64,000 nt of DNA from Babesia bigemina (GCF_000981445.1 NC_027216.1:372001-436000); one strand, 5' to 3'. Shown: positions 34,552 through 47,143, numbered from the stretch's first letter. Numbers and translations are program-made. The notes: a model not told the origin generated them from the sequence alone.

Positions 34552-36264
34552 ATGGCGGATTCTTCAGGAGGGGACCAGCCAACCCACCGGGCAACGACTA
34601 TTTCTATCAGTGAGGGTGAGGAAGGAAATGAAGGTATCTATGGGACATCCGAGAGTAGCACACGAGGAAGTGATACAATAGAACATAAGGGCACTAACGA
34701 GAACGAAATGAGCTCACAATCAGCGGCTACAAGAGACTTACTCGCGTCACAAGCAGCGTATGAAGTCCGCCAATTCCCGTTACAAGCAGCGCATGAAGTC
34801 CGCCAATTACCGTTAGAAGCAGCGCATGAAGTCCGCCAATTACCGTTAGAAGCAGCGCATGAAGTCCGCCAATTACCGTTAGAAGCAGCGCATGAAGTCC
34901 GCCAATTCTGGCCACAAGGAGCGTATGAAGTCCGCCAATTCTGGCCACAAGGAGCGTATGAAGTCCGCCAATTCTGGCCACAAGGAGCGTATGAAGTCCG
35001 CCAATTCTGGCCACAAGGAGCGTATGAAGTCCGCCAATTCTGGCCACAAGGAGCGTATGAAGTCCGCCAATTCCCGTCACAAGCAGCTGTTGCAGGCCGC
35101 GCATTCCCGTCACAAGAAGCTGTTGCAGGCCGCGCATTCCCGTCACAAGAAGCTGTTGCAGGCCGCGCATTCCCGTCACAAGAGGCTGTTGCACCCTTCC
35201 CATTCTTTCCACAAGAGTCGGTTGCAGGCCGCGCATTTCCGTCACAAGAAGCTGTTGCAGGCCGCGCATTCCCGTCACAAGAAGCTGTTGCAGGCCGCGC
35301 ATTCCCGTCACAAGAAGCTGTTTCTGGCCGCGCATTCCCGTCACAAAATCCTGTTTCTGGCCGCCGATACTCGTCACAAGCAGCTGTTACAGGCCGCCGA
35401 TACTCGTCACAAAATCCTGTTTCTGGCCGCCGTTTATCGTCACAAGCAGCGTATCAAGGCCGCGCATTCCCGTCACAAGCAGTGTGTAGAAACTGCATAC
35501 TCGCGTCAGAAGCAGCGTGTAGTAACTGCATATTCGCGTCAGAAGCAGCGTGTAGAAGGTGCAGACTCGCGTCACAAAATCCTGTTTCCGGCCGCCGATA
35601 CTCGTCATAAGCAGCGTATCAAGGCAGCGCATTATGGTCACAAGAAGCTGTTGCAGGCCGCCGATACTCGTCACAAAATCCTGTTTCTGGCCGCGCATTA
35701 TGGTCACAAGAAGCTGTTGCAGGCCGCGCATTCCCGTCACAAGCAGCGTATGAAGTCAGCCCATTCTCGTCACAAGAAGCTGCTACAGGCGACATACTCG
35801 CGTCAAACGAAGCGGTTAGAGGCGACACAATCTCGCCAGAAGCAGCGGGTAGCGGCGCCGGCAAAGATGATTCAGAAGCAGGATATAAGGATAAATGTCG
35901 TAAAACTTTGCGTAAATTCCGGAAGTCTATAAAGAAACGTTTCCGTTTTCGTAGTGAGTATGACCGCAACTCTAGCAGCACTTCTGAGAGTTGCGGTAGT
36001 AGAAATATGGAACAGGTTATCATTGACACTGCCAACTATGCCGAAGACATAAGCACTTTTGTCAAGCATATTGCGGAGAATCTAGACCGGCTGATTCATT
36101 TTGGACCTCCCCCCCAAAAGCACCATTCAGAACGTGACAAAAACGACAATGCGCGTGAAGACGTGGAACAGAGTTCAAACGACACGTTCAGTGCAGGCAG
36201 TGAGGATGGTACAGAGGATCTTCCGCCTGAAGACCATAATTCTGAGAGTGAAGGAGGCTTGTAA
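34552..36264 (+). pseudogene. Paralog of the 33-bp-repeat protein, interrupted by one in-frame TAA at 35608-35610
   Basis: ORFs 34552..35610 and 35908..36264 are in the same frame. The stop is a CAA>TAA change in a repeat unit (TCGTCATAAGCAGCG vs the usual TCGTCACAAGCAGCG). Confidence 0.8.
34715..35850. repeat. 33-bp minisatellite array (about 33 units: EAAHEVRQLPL, PQGAYEVRQFW, SQEAVAGRAFP types)
   Basis: 33-nt periodicity seen directly. Confidence 0.95.
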
Positions 36265-37694
36265 ATAGCTCTTTGCACCCGCGGGAATCGCCACGTGAAG
36301 GTGGCAGCGTGGGCACGAACTATTCGACAGCCTGGATGAAGAAAAGACGGGGACGACGTTCACGCAGTGCTTCCTACCCTCCTTGTGCACTTCACCCTTG
36401 CTGTACACGCTTACATCCAGTAATAACAAGCGCATATCACCTAAGCAGCAACTAGAAAGTAATGTAATACATGAATGCGTCGGTTTATTTGTTTATGCTC
36501 TGGTCTGGCGATCGCTAAAGTCGGCAGCACGACAACGCCTTGTAAGATTCGGTGACGCGTCCGCCAGATGAATGTACGGAATGCGAATGATTGTTTGAGT
36601 ACCCACGTGATGTGATATGTCGTGTCTCTTGAGGAATCGGTATGAATCTACTGCATCTTAATCCTACACCGTGGTTCACACAGACCGTTGTTAGACCATT
36701 AGCGTGGTATATGGGTGCGGCGGAAACGTGGCAGCCTGAACTGGAAGCATGACCTTCAATTGAAATCCAAATGAGCTCACATTGGTATGGGCAAACGATA
36801 TATGGGAATGTGTACAACTGCGGTTCAGGAATCCCGCCGTGGAAGATTGCGTCAAATTTCGAGATTCCCTCAGGCTTTATAGAATGTCGCATTGGAGCTG
36901 CAATGTTCCGCAATTAACACCTACTAGTAGAGCCGTACGATTAGTTTACAAACCAACAAACTATTCCCCCAAGAATACACATGAAGGACGCACACACACA
37001 CGAGATCGTACGCATACACACAGCAGTACCAAACATAATTGTGCACTAGATTCTGCAGCAACAGCCGATCACCGCTGATATGATGCCTGATTTAAAGGGA
37101 AGGCGACCAACGGTGCCATCGTCTGAAGTTGTTACATGCCAAGACACCTTAGGAATCGCAGTTGCCGCAATCACCTAAAGCAGAAAACAATTACGATGCG
37201 CACGTTAGACAGTAGAAGAATCGTCTGACTCCGTCACCGAATGATTGCGAGGTCGATCAACAGCGAGTAACGCGCGACTCCATAAGCGCAGCAACACACC
37301 ACTCGCAACCAATTGCAACATTGTTGAAATATCTACACATTGTCACACATTGATTCAACATGCAGAGCTACTGTATACGCCCCTTTTGGCCAAAACTTAT
37401 GCACGTCTATCACTCGCGCTTTACATAGTACATGCCACGCTTATTGTCTAGAACTGGCTGCGATGCAGCACTTTTGGCATGAGTGCAGTGCCCGAAATTG
37501 ACTATTTTGTGCGTTGACGGATTTGCAGATTGTGATAAATTACTGGTGTATTGGAAGGCAAAGGCATTTGGGTTGTCCGTCTCCTCGATTAGGACACAGG
37601 TGCTTCAATACGCTTTCTGTCTTATATACTGTTCTGCAGACAGCGTAACAACACACGTTTATAGAGGTCACCTTATCAGAAGAATCTTTGCAAA

Positions 37695-38565
37695 ATGGTA
37701 TACAATTCGTTGACCAATGTCCCTCGCAACGTGAAGGAAGCCATTGACTGGTTGATGGCCGTGAGGGGAGATGGTGCTAAAAGAAACGTAGCAGCATTGT
37801 GTGCCGCACTCTTCAGTTCCCTGGCAGACAAAACTGTTGACAAGATGGAGATGCCAGCCCTCGAAGAAGTTAAACATGTTACTAAAGTTCCTGGATCAAC
37901 CGGAGCTTGGGAACCAGTGGTTCGTAGGAGGGCTGGTTAAGCGGTACAACGACCTTATTAATAAATCACCTGGAGGGTTAGCTAAGTACTTTCGGGTTGT
38001 TGACGAATCCGATGAGAACGTCGTAAAGGGCAAGGGTATCACTGCTGGAGCCATTGTGGAGAACCTTGGCAAAGTTGTTCATGGTACCGAGATATTCTTG
38101 GATGATATTAAAAGCCCAGGCGAATACGAGTCTGCTTACAGTCCAGAGGCTGCGTGGAGTAAATCATGTACCCAAAAGCCGGAAGATTGCGCAGCTGTCT
38201 TCGTGGGTATTGCGCCCATGTTACGGGCAAGCATATCATCTTTGAATGCTGCTGTGTTTGCTGCGAAATTGAGATTGCCGCCGTTTATTGCTTGTAAGCG
38301 TATGCAGCAGTTGATACAAGCATTGGGTTACGTAGAGCCACAACGCCGCGCTGGCATGAGTGGGTTTGATGTCCCCAAAGCGTTGAGAGGTCTATATTTA
38401 CGAACACTGATAACGCTATGCGACTTCACAGGATTCTGGGCTTTCTGTGGATCGAATAATCCTGATTTGGGAGCTGGTAAACATGGAAACTATCCGGTAT
38501 CGGAAGTTGATTTTGACGTTAACATGAAGCCCATAGACGCTTCCATGAAGATAGGATTCCGCTGA
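37695..38565 (+). pseudogene. Short ves1-like gene with a frameshift near 37885
   Basis: MVYNSLTNVPRNVKEAIDWL...EEVKHVTK continues as FLDQPEL...YSPEAAWSKSCTQKPEDCAAVFVGIAPML...DFTGFWAF in another frame (ACTAAAGTTCCTG vs TCAAAGGAGTTCCTG, 2 nt missing). Confidence 0.8.
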
Positions 38566-39134
38566 CCGTCTAGCACATACACTGCGCTCGGGTCGGGTAA
38601 CATGTATTATCCCGGTACGCCCACAGTATCTGATTTAGGAGCGGCTATTCCACTTTGATGGGCTACATGTCATGTTTATTCGGCTTGTCGTAGGGCCTAT
38701 TCTCACACCGCTTATTAAGTATGTGTTGATATAAGTGTAAATCCCCTACGCCTATTGTTGTAAACTGCTAATCGGTTAAACTAATAAGTACAGCAGTAAG
38801 CAATGCCGTGGACGTATTTATAAGCTTATTCGTGGCCGTAGTGCAGGATTCCGCCCGGCAATCCGCCCATATCGGTAAATAGTGGGAATGTTTGACAAGC
38901 CATCCGTATGTCTGAGGAAGACCATCGTCATCGTGCATATCGGAATGACTAATCAAAACCATCTTGCGTGAGAGACATTAGGCATCTGAACCACGTAGAC
39001 GGCGGAGTATCTCAAATGGGCAGTTCGAACCAAGTGCCGAGTTTCAATACGCCAATCCATCCGACGTGGAACACGAAACCCAGGCTACTATGACTGTGAA
39101 TAGTCACATTGCCCAAACTAGATAAATTCCGTTT

Positions 39135-39295
39135 TGGATGGCACCTGTTATGGTTGGCAACGGAACGGCGTGGAACCTGAAACCAGTATCGGCGTGAGGC
39201 GGTAGCCCCGCAAAATCCAAAACCGGCCCTAGGCACGTAGACACACAGCAAGCAATAATATGAGAACGCAAATTAAAAACACTTAGATAAGACAA
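39135..39295 (-). repeat. Island-boundary element, copy B
   Basis: Reverse strand TGCTGTGTGTCTACGTGCCTAGGGCCGGTTTTGGATTTTGCGGGGCTACCGCCTCACGCCGATACTGGTTTCAGGTTCCACGCCGTTCCGTTGCC, near-identical to copy C. Confidence 0.92.
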
Positions 39296-39494
39296 CATAA
39301 TAATAGTAATAATAATGTTAGCTATGTTTTTACATATACGATTTTGAGTACATTATGCAGGGTGATATTTCTGCTATTGTTAACTCATGCTTCATATGCC
39401 GAGTGTGCCATAAAATGGCTGTTGCTGGTCATAACAAATGTCAGGTTCACTCGCGTGAGCAAGCACTGACATTGCTTCTTTTTCAACAGAGCTA

Positions 39495-41087
39495 CTAATG
39501 GGTAGTAAGACCAAACGCATATGTGTCGACACCACAAAACAATGGGGTTCCGGCCGGTGAAAGGGGCAAGTTGTGCAGCTTGAAATATCCGCCGTCTCCC
39601 CAACGATCACCCCACGAGTTTTTTACGATCCAATACTTCGTTTTGCGTTTAGTGTTCTCTCCGTATCCGACTATAAGCACGGAGTGCATGAGTGTGGAAT
39701 CGCAGCTGCCGTCGAAGATTCCTGAGCTGTAGTGCATGAATGCTCTGCTGAGCCTAATGATAATCATTACGGGTCCGTGGCTTCTAAGGTGCTCTTGTAT
39801 CATGCGGGCGTTAAGCCGTTTAATGTTATCGACCTTGAACTTTTCCCCACAAGTTTTCTCCCTGCACGCAGTCTTTCTGCCTAGGTAAGGATAGGCGGGT
39901 TCAATGCAAAGACCAGTAGTGGAGGCATATACAAGCGCCTTTTCCTGATTACCCCCTCTAACACAGTTGTACCTCTGCGATGTACAGTCTAGAATCTGTT
40001 GTACACTATGTTGTAGACGCTGTCCAGTGGTAATGGCGCGGTAGGCGTCAACAAGACCTGCCACCGCCACCGCCCAACACGACCCACACGAGCCTTGGTC
40101 CACAACTGGTCCTATGGCATTTGTGTTTCTCCAATCCTTGTGGACTATGTCACCGTCATCGACATTTTTGGATCCTGAATACATACTGGTATCGATGAAC
40201 CTTCCATTTTCGTACATATACATCGGTCGAGACCAGCCATTTGTGCTTAGGGCAATGCCAAGCTCCGAATCAGAAAACTCGGATGCCCAAGAGTACGCCA
40301 TGGTATAGAGCTTGTCAGGGTTAGAGTTATGCTCGTCAATAAGCTTCTTTGTAGTTTTGAAGTTAAAATACTTCTTGACGAATTCTTTCTCGTTTCCGTA
40401 ATGTGAGCCGTTAACGGTTATGAACTTTTTGTAGGCTATAATAGTCTCAACTTCGTTTTGTTCGTCGAATTCTTCTCGCCTCTCTGACAGTTCATGGACT
40501 ATGGCTCGTATTTCCCAGTCCAGCACACCCTTAATGTCATTCTGCTTATCGGCACAGTTGATAAACCACCCCTTCTGCACACAGGCCAGGAAAGGCCCAG
40601 GGATAACTTCTAGCTTATATTCTCTGATTTTATCAACCAGTAAGCTGTAGTGTGGATTACTATGCGCTGATTCGAGCGACTTGCCATAGTCGACCTCAAC
40701 TGTCTCATCAACGTGTTCGGTTAGCTCAGACACCACCTCCCTTCGTTCGGGCAATAGCCAGTTTTTTTCGAGGATTACGTTCTCCTGTTCATGCACTATA
40801 TGCTGCTGTTCATGTACTACCTCGTTCATGCCAAGCCTGATATTACGCATAAACGGCAGAGATATATCTTCCATGCCGATTATACTTTTGTATTTGCAGA
40901 CTAAAAGTACAATGAGGGAACCTACCAGTGTTAGGGCGATGATAATTAAACCAACATTAATAGCCCTTCTATTACCCCCATTGTAGCGTCGTTCCCGGGG
41001 TTCTCCCCGGACGCCGTTGCTTCTTATCTGGACGGCATTTGGTGGTGCAGTATCCATTGATACATCCACTTCGTAACTTGTTGACAT
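39495..41087 (-). CDS. Papain-family (C1A) cysteine protease with N-terminal type II membrane anchor (babesipain/falcipain-like)
   Basis: DQGSCGSCWA, HSVLIVGYG, YWIVKNSWG catalytic motifs. TM helix at about aa 45-63 and a prodomain. Confidence 0.93.
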   Translation of the reverse strand: MSTSYEVDVSMDTAPPNAVQIRSNGVRGEPRERRYNGGNRRAINVGLIIIALTLVGSLIVLLVCKYKSIIGMEDISLPFMRNIRLGMNEVVHEQQHIVHEQENVILEKNWLLPERREVVSELTEHVDETVEVDYGKSLESAHSNPHYSLLVDKIREYKLEVIPGPFLACVQKGWFINCADKQNDIKGVLDWEIRAIVHELSERREEFDEQNEVETIIAYKKFITVNGSHYGNEKEFVKKYFNFKTTKKLIDEHNSNPDKLYTMAYSWASEFSDSELGIALSTNGWSRPMYMYENGRFIDTSMYSGSKNVDDGDIVHKDWRNTNAIGPVVDQGSCGSCWAVAVAGLVDAYRAITTGQRLQHSVQQILDCTSQRYNCVRGGNQEKALVYASTTGLCIEPAYPYLGRKTACREKTCGEKFKVDNIKRLNARMIQEHLRSHGPVMIIIRLSRAFMHYSSGIFDGSCDSTLMHSVLIVGYGENTKRKTKYWIVKNSWGDRWGDGGYFKLHNLPLSPAGTPLFCGVDTYAFGLTTH

Positions 41088-41977
41088 CTGGTAGCAACGC
41101 GTGGCTTGAGGTTTATTTAAGGTAATGGGATAGAACCTATAAACGCCACCAATGCGTCCGTTATACGATGACTTATTTTCTGTATATTGATTTTCGTGTT
41201 CACCTAATCAACAAAAGCGATCTCAAATATGACAGACGCTCATTGTCACAGGATGCCCATTCGCGTATGTAGACAGGATTAAATGTTAAATGCCACGTCT
41301 TTCTGATGTATTGGTGTTAGCTTGGTACGGGATCACAAGTGTATGGAAGTACGGCAAGTCAGAAATTCTACACCCGCTTATAGCACTGGTTTCACTACAA
41401 TATAGTGCAACGGCGCCATGTGGAGCTATTGTGCGTGCAATAGACTGGGCCGCCGGCGTACAGATCTGTACTCCTACGACCGGAATGCGATTAACACGGT
41501 TGCCATTGTATTGGAGCCGAAGTAATCTACCAGTTAACCTGGTAGTACTCGGTAGATTGTGCGAGATGTAAACTGTGCGAACGTGCTCAACGACGGTCAA
41601 CCTGCGTAGCCTTCTTGCGCCGTGACTGTCGTTTCACACACCTGTGCCTAAAGTGACATAGACACGTTTATGCAATGTAGCAGTAGCTTCCAGGCAGGAT
41701 TTCAGCTATTAATCGTTGATTTTATCCTGTGACATTGCCATTGCCTTGTGTGGGTGCAACGTTGCTGCGCCAGCGCCGGTCTGTCGTCTTGCGGCCGGAG
41801 TCGGGCCAAGCGTCTCAGGACGGGCCGAATGCATCATAGAGAGAATATACTCACCAATACTTGCGCTGTCCGAGCTGCATCCAGCTACGGCCGCCTCGAC
41901 GTGACACAAGGTGGTGGTCTGGCGCGGCTGCATTCTTAGCCACCCATACAGCCCTTCACAGTATCCAATTTGCAACC

Positions 41978-42336
41978 ATGGTTACGTTAACGTGGCGTTC
42001 GAAGAGTGAGTTTTAGCTTTATCATTGCGTAACGTTCTTTCCCCGCTGTCCCTCATCAGTGTGTAGCGCTGCTGTCGCTCATTGCGTTCGTCTCGATCTT
42101 CGTCTTCGCTGCAAGCCCTCCGTGGGACAAGTTTTGGTACGCCCACGCATACGATTTCACATCGCACGCAGGCTCGTGTTGCTGTTCATATTCAGCCTTT
42201 TCCTGATGTTCGACGTATTGTTCGTGACGCCCAGGCACTTCGACTTCGACCCTTTTTACAGGTTTGTTTGCCCTGCTGTGGCGTCTTAGCGGTGCGCAGC
42301 AATTGGGAAGCTCGTCAAAACGACAAAAGGGATTAG
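41978..42336 (+). CDS. Predicted 74-aa two-TM microprotein, 4 exons (41978-42005, 42067-42136, 42172-42261, 42300-42336)
   Basis: Three GT-AG introns give MVTLTWRSKTLLSLIAFVSIFVFAASPPWDKFWLVLLFIFSLFLMFDVLFVTPRHFDFDPFYSNWEARQNDKRD* with consistent phases. Confidence 0.6.
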
Positions 42337-42542
42337 CATCGGCCGCCCGTGGTGGTCAAGCACTGGGACGTCCAGCGCCGTTTGATTTGTGTCTTGCGGC
42401 ACATTCCGTATTCCCCGGATCACAATACCGCTCCCCCGCATTTCTACTGACAAACATTTACCCGATGTAATCATAAAGTCATCACCAGATTACTCTGTAT
42501 TTGTGTTGAGTGTTCGCAGCGGTGGCAATGTCTATGGCCTCC

Positions 42543-43673
42543 CTAAGTGGCATAAGCAATTTGGTTGCACGGCACGAACAGCTTGTACGACTTGTACTGC
42601 ATTTTGAGCCGGACGTGGTCGAGGCGGGTGCGCTTTTGCTTCTCGGCGCGTGTGATCTGCCTCTTTTCGCTGACGCGGAGAAATTGGAACCCTGCCGGCG
42701 ACTTGCTAATGCCGTACGAGCTGCGCACCACCAAATTCTGCTTGTAGACATACGACACATCTCTGTGGACAGCCTCCCTGCCATTGGGTAGAGCTAGGTT
42801 GCCGCAGTCGGTGATCTTCGCTCTGACGACCCCAAAGTAGGCCAGACGTTGGATGGCCTCATTGCTGTCGGTGGTGCCGGTGATAACGTCCTCCCAGTCG
42901 TCGTCATCGTCGTCCGCAGTGCTGCCGCAGCTGCTTTCATCGGCTGCCTTGGATGGGATAAGATCGGCGTAGGTATTGGTGAAGTCGTAGAACTGAGCGA
43001 GCTCCAAGAAGTCATCGTCATTGACCTTTCGGTGTTGCTTTTGATCCATGTGGTGCATAACTGCGTATATGCTCTTGAAAATACGGTGGCAGCATAAGCA
43101 CGTGTACTTGTTGTAGATCTTGTCATGGAGGTAGGTGAGCAGCGAGTTAACGTCCACCAGGTGCTCCTGTTCCGGCAAGAAGAAAGAGTACGTTTTCGCC
43201 ATCCACTGGAGGTTCTCCTCAACGGTTGCCGACTTTTTACCACTGAATAAGCACGTAGTTGGGCAATAGGGCACGCTGGTGACGCCGCTTTTCACCGTGC
43301 TGGCGTCGCACGTTTCCTCGCATCCCTCGGACGACTCTTGATTGCGATATTTGGCTACAGGGCTGGCGTCCTTCAATCTCCTCAGCATCTTTGCCTTGCT
43401 CTTATTCTCTAACTCGTTGTTTTTTAGCTCCATCATCTGCACCAGGCGCTCCTTCAGCTGGAGGAACTCGGCGTGGCCCATGGCGTCAATTCCGCTGTCC
43501 TTGCGCTTGACGTTGTACAGGTGCCACTCTGACTTAAAATGCGATTTTTGATCGGCGACATCCGGGAAAAAGGCGGCACATGTAACGCACTTTATTGACC
43601 GCTCTTTGGGCGCCGCTTCCGCCTTGGCGCTGCTCTTCAGGAAACACAGCCCGCCGCCTGACTTCGCTGCCAT
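42543..43673 (-). CDS. ZNF622/Rei1/Reh1-like C2H2 zinc-finger pre-60S maturation factor
   Basis: CVTCAAFF..QKSHFKSEWHLYNVKRK, CLFSG...NLQWMAKTYSFFLPEQEHLVD, CLCC..F.S..AV.HHM..K.H, FYDF, LPNG..A.HR. Confidence 0.88.
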   Translation of the reverse strand: MAAKSGGGLCFLKSSAKAEAAPKERSIKCVTCAAFFPDVADQKSHFKSEWHLYNVKRKDSGIDAMGHAEFLQLKERLVQMMELKNNELENKSKAKMLRRLKDASPVAKYRNQESSEGCEETCDASTVKSGVTSVPYCPTTCLFSGKKSATVEENLQWMAKTYSFFLPEQEHLVDVNSLLTYLHDKIYNKYTCLCCHRIFKSIYAVMHHMDQKQHRKVNDDDFLELAQFYDFTNTYADLIPSKAADESSCGSTADDDDDDWEDVITGTTDSNEAIQRLAYFGVVRAKITDCGNLALPNGREAVHRDVSYVYKQNLVVRSSYGISKSPAGFQFLRVSEKRQITRAEKQKRTRLDHVRLKMQYKSYKLFVPCNQIAYAT

Positions 43674-43801
43674 TTTGACGTGTATTTACGATGCTCAGCA
43701 ATTCGTAACTTGTTTGCTGTAATGATTCTCAGCCTTCCACGTGCGACTCATCGCGATGTGCCGCTGTGGTGCGGGGGAAAGTAAAGCGGCGGCGACGCTC
43801 T

Positions 43802-44708
43802 ATGTTACGGTGGCTGCTCACGCTGGCGCTCGGTGTGTTGCGCATCCATAGCTATCGTGTAGCTGTTGGCGTCTGCGGTCTCGTGCCTGGCGCGCTGCGC
43901 CGCAGCCTAGCGGCGTCGTGCCCAGTGGTAGACCGCGACGGTGCGCTTCACCAACCCCAGCCTTCTGAGCTCAAGCAGGCCGCGTTCAATGGCAGGATAG
44001 TTGTAGTGGACGACCGCAATGTCAGCCGATACGTGGAGCCCGCGTCGGACCTTCTGAGCTCCCGTAGGTGCCATTTACCGACGATCATCTCTTGGATACA
44101 GGCTGCGTGGGATTCGACCTGGAATACGTGCCGGACTATTACGCCTCTGCGCTGCGGGATAGGAGCGCCAGAACGCGTCCTGCGGTGATCCAGATCGCCA
44201 GCAATGACATTTGCCTGGTGTACCTTGTCTACAAGATCGGCCACTTGCCGGAGTCCATTTCGTCTGTTTTGCGGGATCCGGCGGTTCTAAAGGTGAGTAA
44301 CGGGACGTCATTAATGTGCGTAGTTCGAACTTCAACCGTTCGCAGGTTTCGCACGGCGCGCCGTCTGACATGCGCCTGCTGTACCGTCATTTCGGGGTGC
44401 AAAGCCAGAACTTCGTCGACCTGCAGCAGGTGTGCCAAGAGATGAGGCTGCGCCCCTGCAGCCTCAAAAACGTAGTCGAACACGTGCTGGGTTTGCGGCT
44501 GACCAAAAAACATCAGTGCTCGAACTGGGAGGCAGCGTCTCTTTCCCAGGAGCAGATCCAGTACGCCGCAACAGATGCGTGGGTGACGCTCGAGGCGTTC
44601 TTGCGCATAAAACCGCGGTCGGTGCAGAAGCTGCTAGTGAACGACCACGGAGACGTGGAATTCGTCGATTCCAAGGCTTCTGATGGCAAAACTAGCCGGA
44701 CCGCTTGA
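43802..44708 (+). CDS. DEDDy 3'-5' exonuclease (WRN/EXD2-like domain) with N-terminal hydrophobic leader, multi-exon
   Basis: VGFDLEY, PAVIQIAS, FVDLQ, SLKNVVEHVLG..L.K...CSNWEA..LSQEQIQYAATDAW. Confidence 0.88.
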
Positions 44709-44790
44709 ATTTGAACATTCGAATCATTTTTCGTTCATGTGCCCGGGCAAGTATGTTAAACGCCTTCCTGCGGCGAATTGTGCATGTGAG

Positions 44791-45822
44791 TTACAAAACT
44801 AACGTCCTTCCTTTGTGCGATGAGATATACCCCGACTTGACACGCTCCCGGATCCGCCTTATACCCGACAGTTGCGGTGTGGACCCGTGCACCATGGGTT
44901 GCCGCAGCATGTCGTAGCTCTCGACTACAAACCCCCTTCGCGTGAGCGTTATACCCATGTAATTCGATATTCCGTTTTCGCTGAGATACGCCTCCACATC
45001 TCTGCGTGTCTTGAACCTCTCGAACCCGGGGTCGTGCAGCAGGTACTGCTTCTTGCTGTGTGCGTGTTTGCGATATGCGAAGTACAGCAGTGCCGACAGA
45101 GCCCTGCACGTGCTGTCATTATCAGATATGTGCACAACTAACTGGCTATCCCGTTTGTCGGTGCTATCGTACTCAACGCTGACAGGCAATGGGTGCATGC
45201 TGTCGACCACAGTGGCCAGGTGCTCCAGGAACGCCTCTGCCTGTTCGGCTTTCGAAGGCAACTGCCACTTGGTCATGATGCAGTTGAGCGAGTTTTGCAG
45301 ATGGGCCACTAGGACCTTTTCGTGGCTGAGGTGGAAAAAGATGTTGGCGTGCTGTGGGTGACAGCGTCCGCGAAGCGCTTTCGGCGATTTCGGGAGGTCG
45401 AAGTGAACGACGGTGTCCGGCGATGGAAGAGCACCCGAATCATCGTCTGAAAGCATGATCACGAAGTTGCCCTTCCTGTTGAATTATTGTGCGACAGAAA
45501 GTGCACCTCACCTGAACCGCCGCAGCATGAGTGCCTGCTCCGGCCGTTTATCCGGGAATCTCTGGATTCTGCGCATAAGTGGCAGAAAGTGCAGTGTATT
45601 CTTACGTGCTTGATGCCTGAAGCACTATCCGCGCATTCCTGTTGGAGGCGTACACGCAAACCTTTTGGCCCGCACGTTCTGCGAGTAGTTTCGCAATCGT
45701 TTGCGCCAAATCTTCCGGCTTTTCGCGGGCTGTAGCTACATGATGTGCGTAGTTGGTGCATGCTGAGGCGAAGATGTACGTCGGCAAGTACTCGTCAAGC
45801 TACCTGGATATGGCCGCTGCCA
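44791..45822 (-). CDS. Hypothetical protein, multi-exon; 5' boundary uncertain
   Basis: 223-aa terminal ORF plus upstream exons. VVHFDLPKSP..L..R weakly recalls a degenerate helicase C-terminal motif. Confidence 0.45.
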
Positions 45823-46051
45823 TTTGGTCGCCGGTTCAACTGGGAGCCTCGATAGTGTGGTCGGCATGTGCTCGGAGTTAAAAAACCCATCCTTCGCGCG
45901 GAATCTCGGGTTGTATCGCTTCGCCAATCTAGTTGCAGACGCCACTAGGCCACACATTACGCTTCGAAGGCGGTCGCGGCGGCGGCCACGACGCTGCAGG
46001 GTCGTGCTGTGTCTACTGTGTGTGGGTGTGCGATTGCAGAGACAATGCACG

Positions 46052-47143
46052 ATGAACGCGCAATTTCTACACACGGGCCTCGGCCTGGCTAACTATCTAC
46101 AGTCCACGTTTGCTCCAAGGCTTGCAGAGAACGGCGATGTGCCCAGCGAGTTCGAGCAACCGTCGGGCCGTCCGAGTCGGCCGCCTGCGATGATACGTTC
46201 GCTCATCGACTCTGGGCGTGCGTATTTTCGCCTATCTCATCAGAATGTGCTGAACAACCTATTATGTGTGTTCGTGCCCGTCGGCAAGGTCCGCAACCTT
46301 GTGCCTGACCTTTACATCCCCGCCGTTTCGATTTCGACATTTCTGCTGCTTCGTTCGGTTTACATCTGTTCGTCCGATCCTGTGCGGTATCGTCTAAACG
46401 ACGTGCTGGCTCGGTCGCTGACGAGGATCAGCTTGGTGTCGGTGCTGGAGCTTCTCGTGTTGACGGCGGTGCTTTATGCGACGAGTTCTACCCAATCACC
46501 CATGGATGCCATATACCAGATGCCAGCTTCAAATGCGAAGGTTACCGGCAGCATGTACGGTGCCGCGAAGGGAGACATCGGGAATTTCGGTTACGGAGCT
46601 TCGGAGCAGCAAGGAGCCGGCGGACGTTTCTTTGGCCAGGATGCAGGCGCCGGATTGAACACGCGGGGCCATCAAAACAACCACGGGGCGATATCGAGCC
46701 CTTTTGAAAGCAGAAATGCGCACCAATCGCAAACAATGGGTGACGGCGCGATGACTGGTCCCATGGATTCGGGACATCGTGATTCCACCGGCGGAAACGC
46801 CGCACCGGGAAGGAGCCAAGACGCCAACGGCGCCACGAAGTATTTCGGCGACCACATGAACATGCCGCTCACAGGCCGCCACACGCTCTACCTGGGCCAG
46901 AAGCTGCTCCTCATCGGCTACAAGTACGTGCTGCTGAACTGCTACATTCTCTCATTGTTGTTGGCACCGTTCCGCGGAGTGACGATAACTGTGGCACTTT
47001 ACGTGAGTTTGTGCTCGCTACTGTTTGCGTTAAGGACGATGCTGTCACTGAGGGTTGTGGAAAACCGCAGGGCTTATCCGCTGCTGATCATCTTCCCGGT
47101 GCTACAGCCGCTGTTCTGCTACGTGCTGCTTCCACGCGTCTGA
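46052..47143 (+). CDS. Yif1-family ER-Golgi membrane protein
   Basis: YFRLSHQNVLNNLLCVFVP, PDLYIPAVSISTFLLL and LIGYKYV motifs, about 5 TM helices. Confidence 0.78.
   Translation: MNAQFLHTGLGLANYLQSTFAPRLAENGDVPSEFEQPSGRPSRPPAMIRSLIDSGRAYFRLSHQNVLNNLLCVFVPVGKVRNLVPDLYIPAVSISTFLLLRSVYICSSDPVRYRLNDVLARSLTRISLVSVLELLVLTAVLYATSSTQSPMDAIYQMPASNAKVTGSMYGAAKGDIGNFGYGASEQQGAGGRFFGQDAGAGLNTRGHQNNHGAISSPFESRNAHQSQTMGDGAMTGPMDSGHRDSTGGNAAPGRSQDANGATKYFGDHMNMPLTGRHTLYLGQKLLLIGYKYVLLNCYILSLLLAPFRGVTITVALYVSLCSLLFALRTMLSLRVVENRRAYPLLIIFPVLQPLFCYVLLPRV

Larger units (their letters stand above)
33676..37473 (+). repeat. Right arm of the inverted segmental duplication (partner 862-5465)
   Basis: Near-identical reverse complement of the left arm. 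It differs mainly in tandem-array content. Confidence 0.95.
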
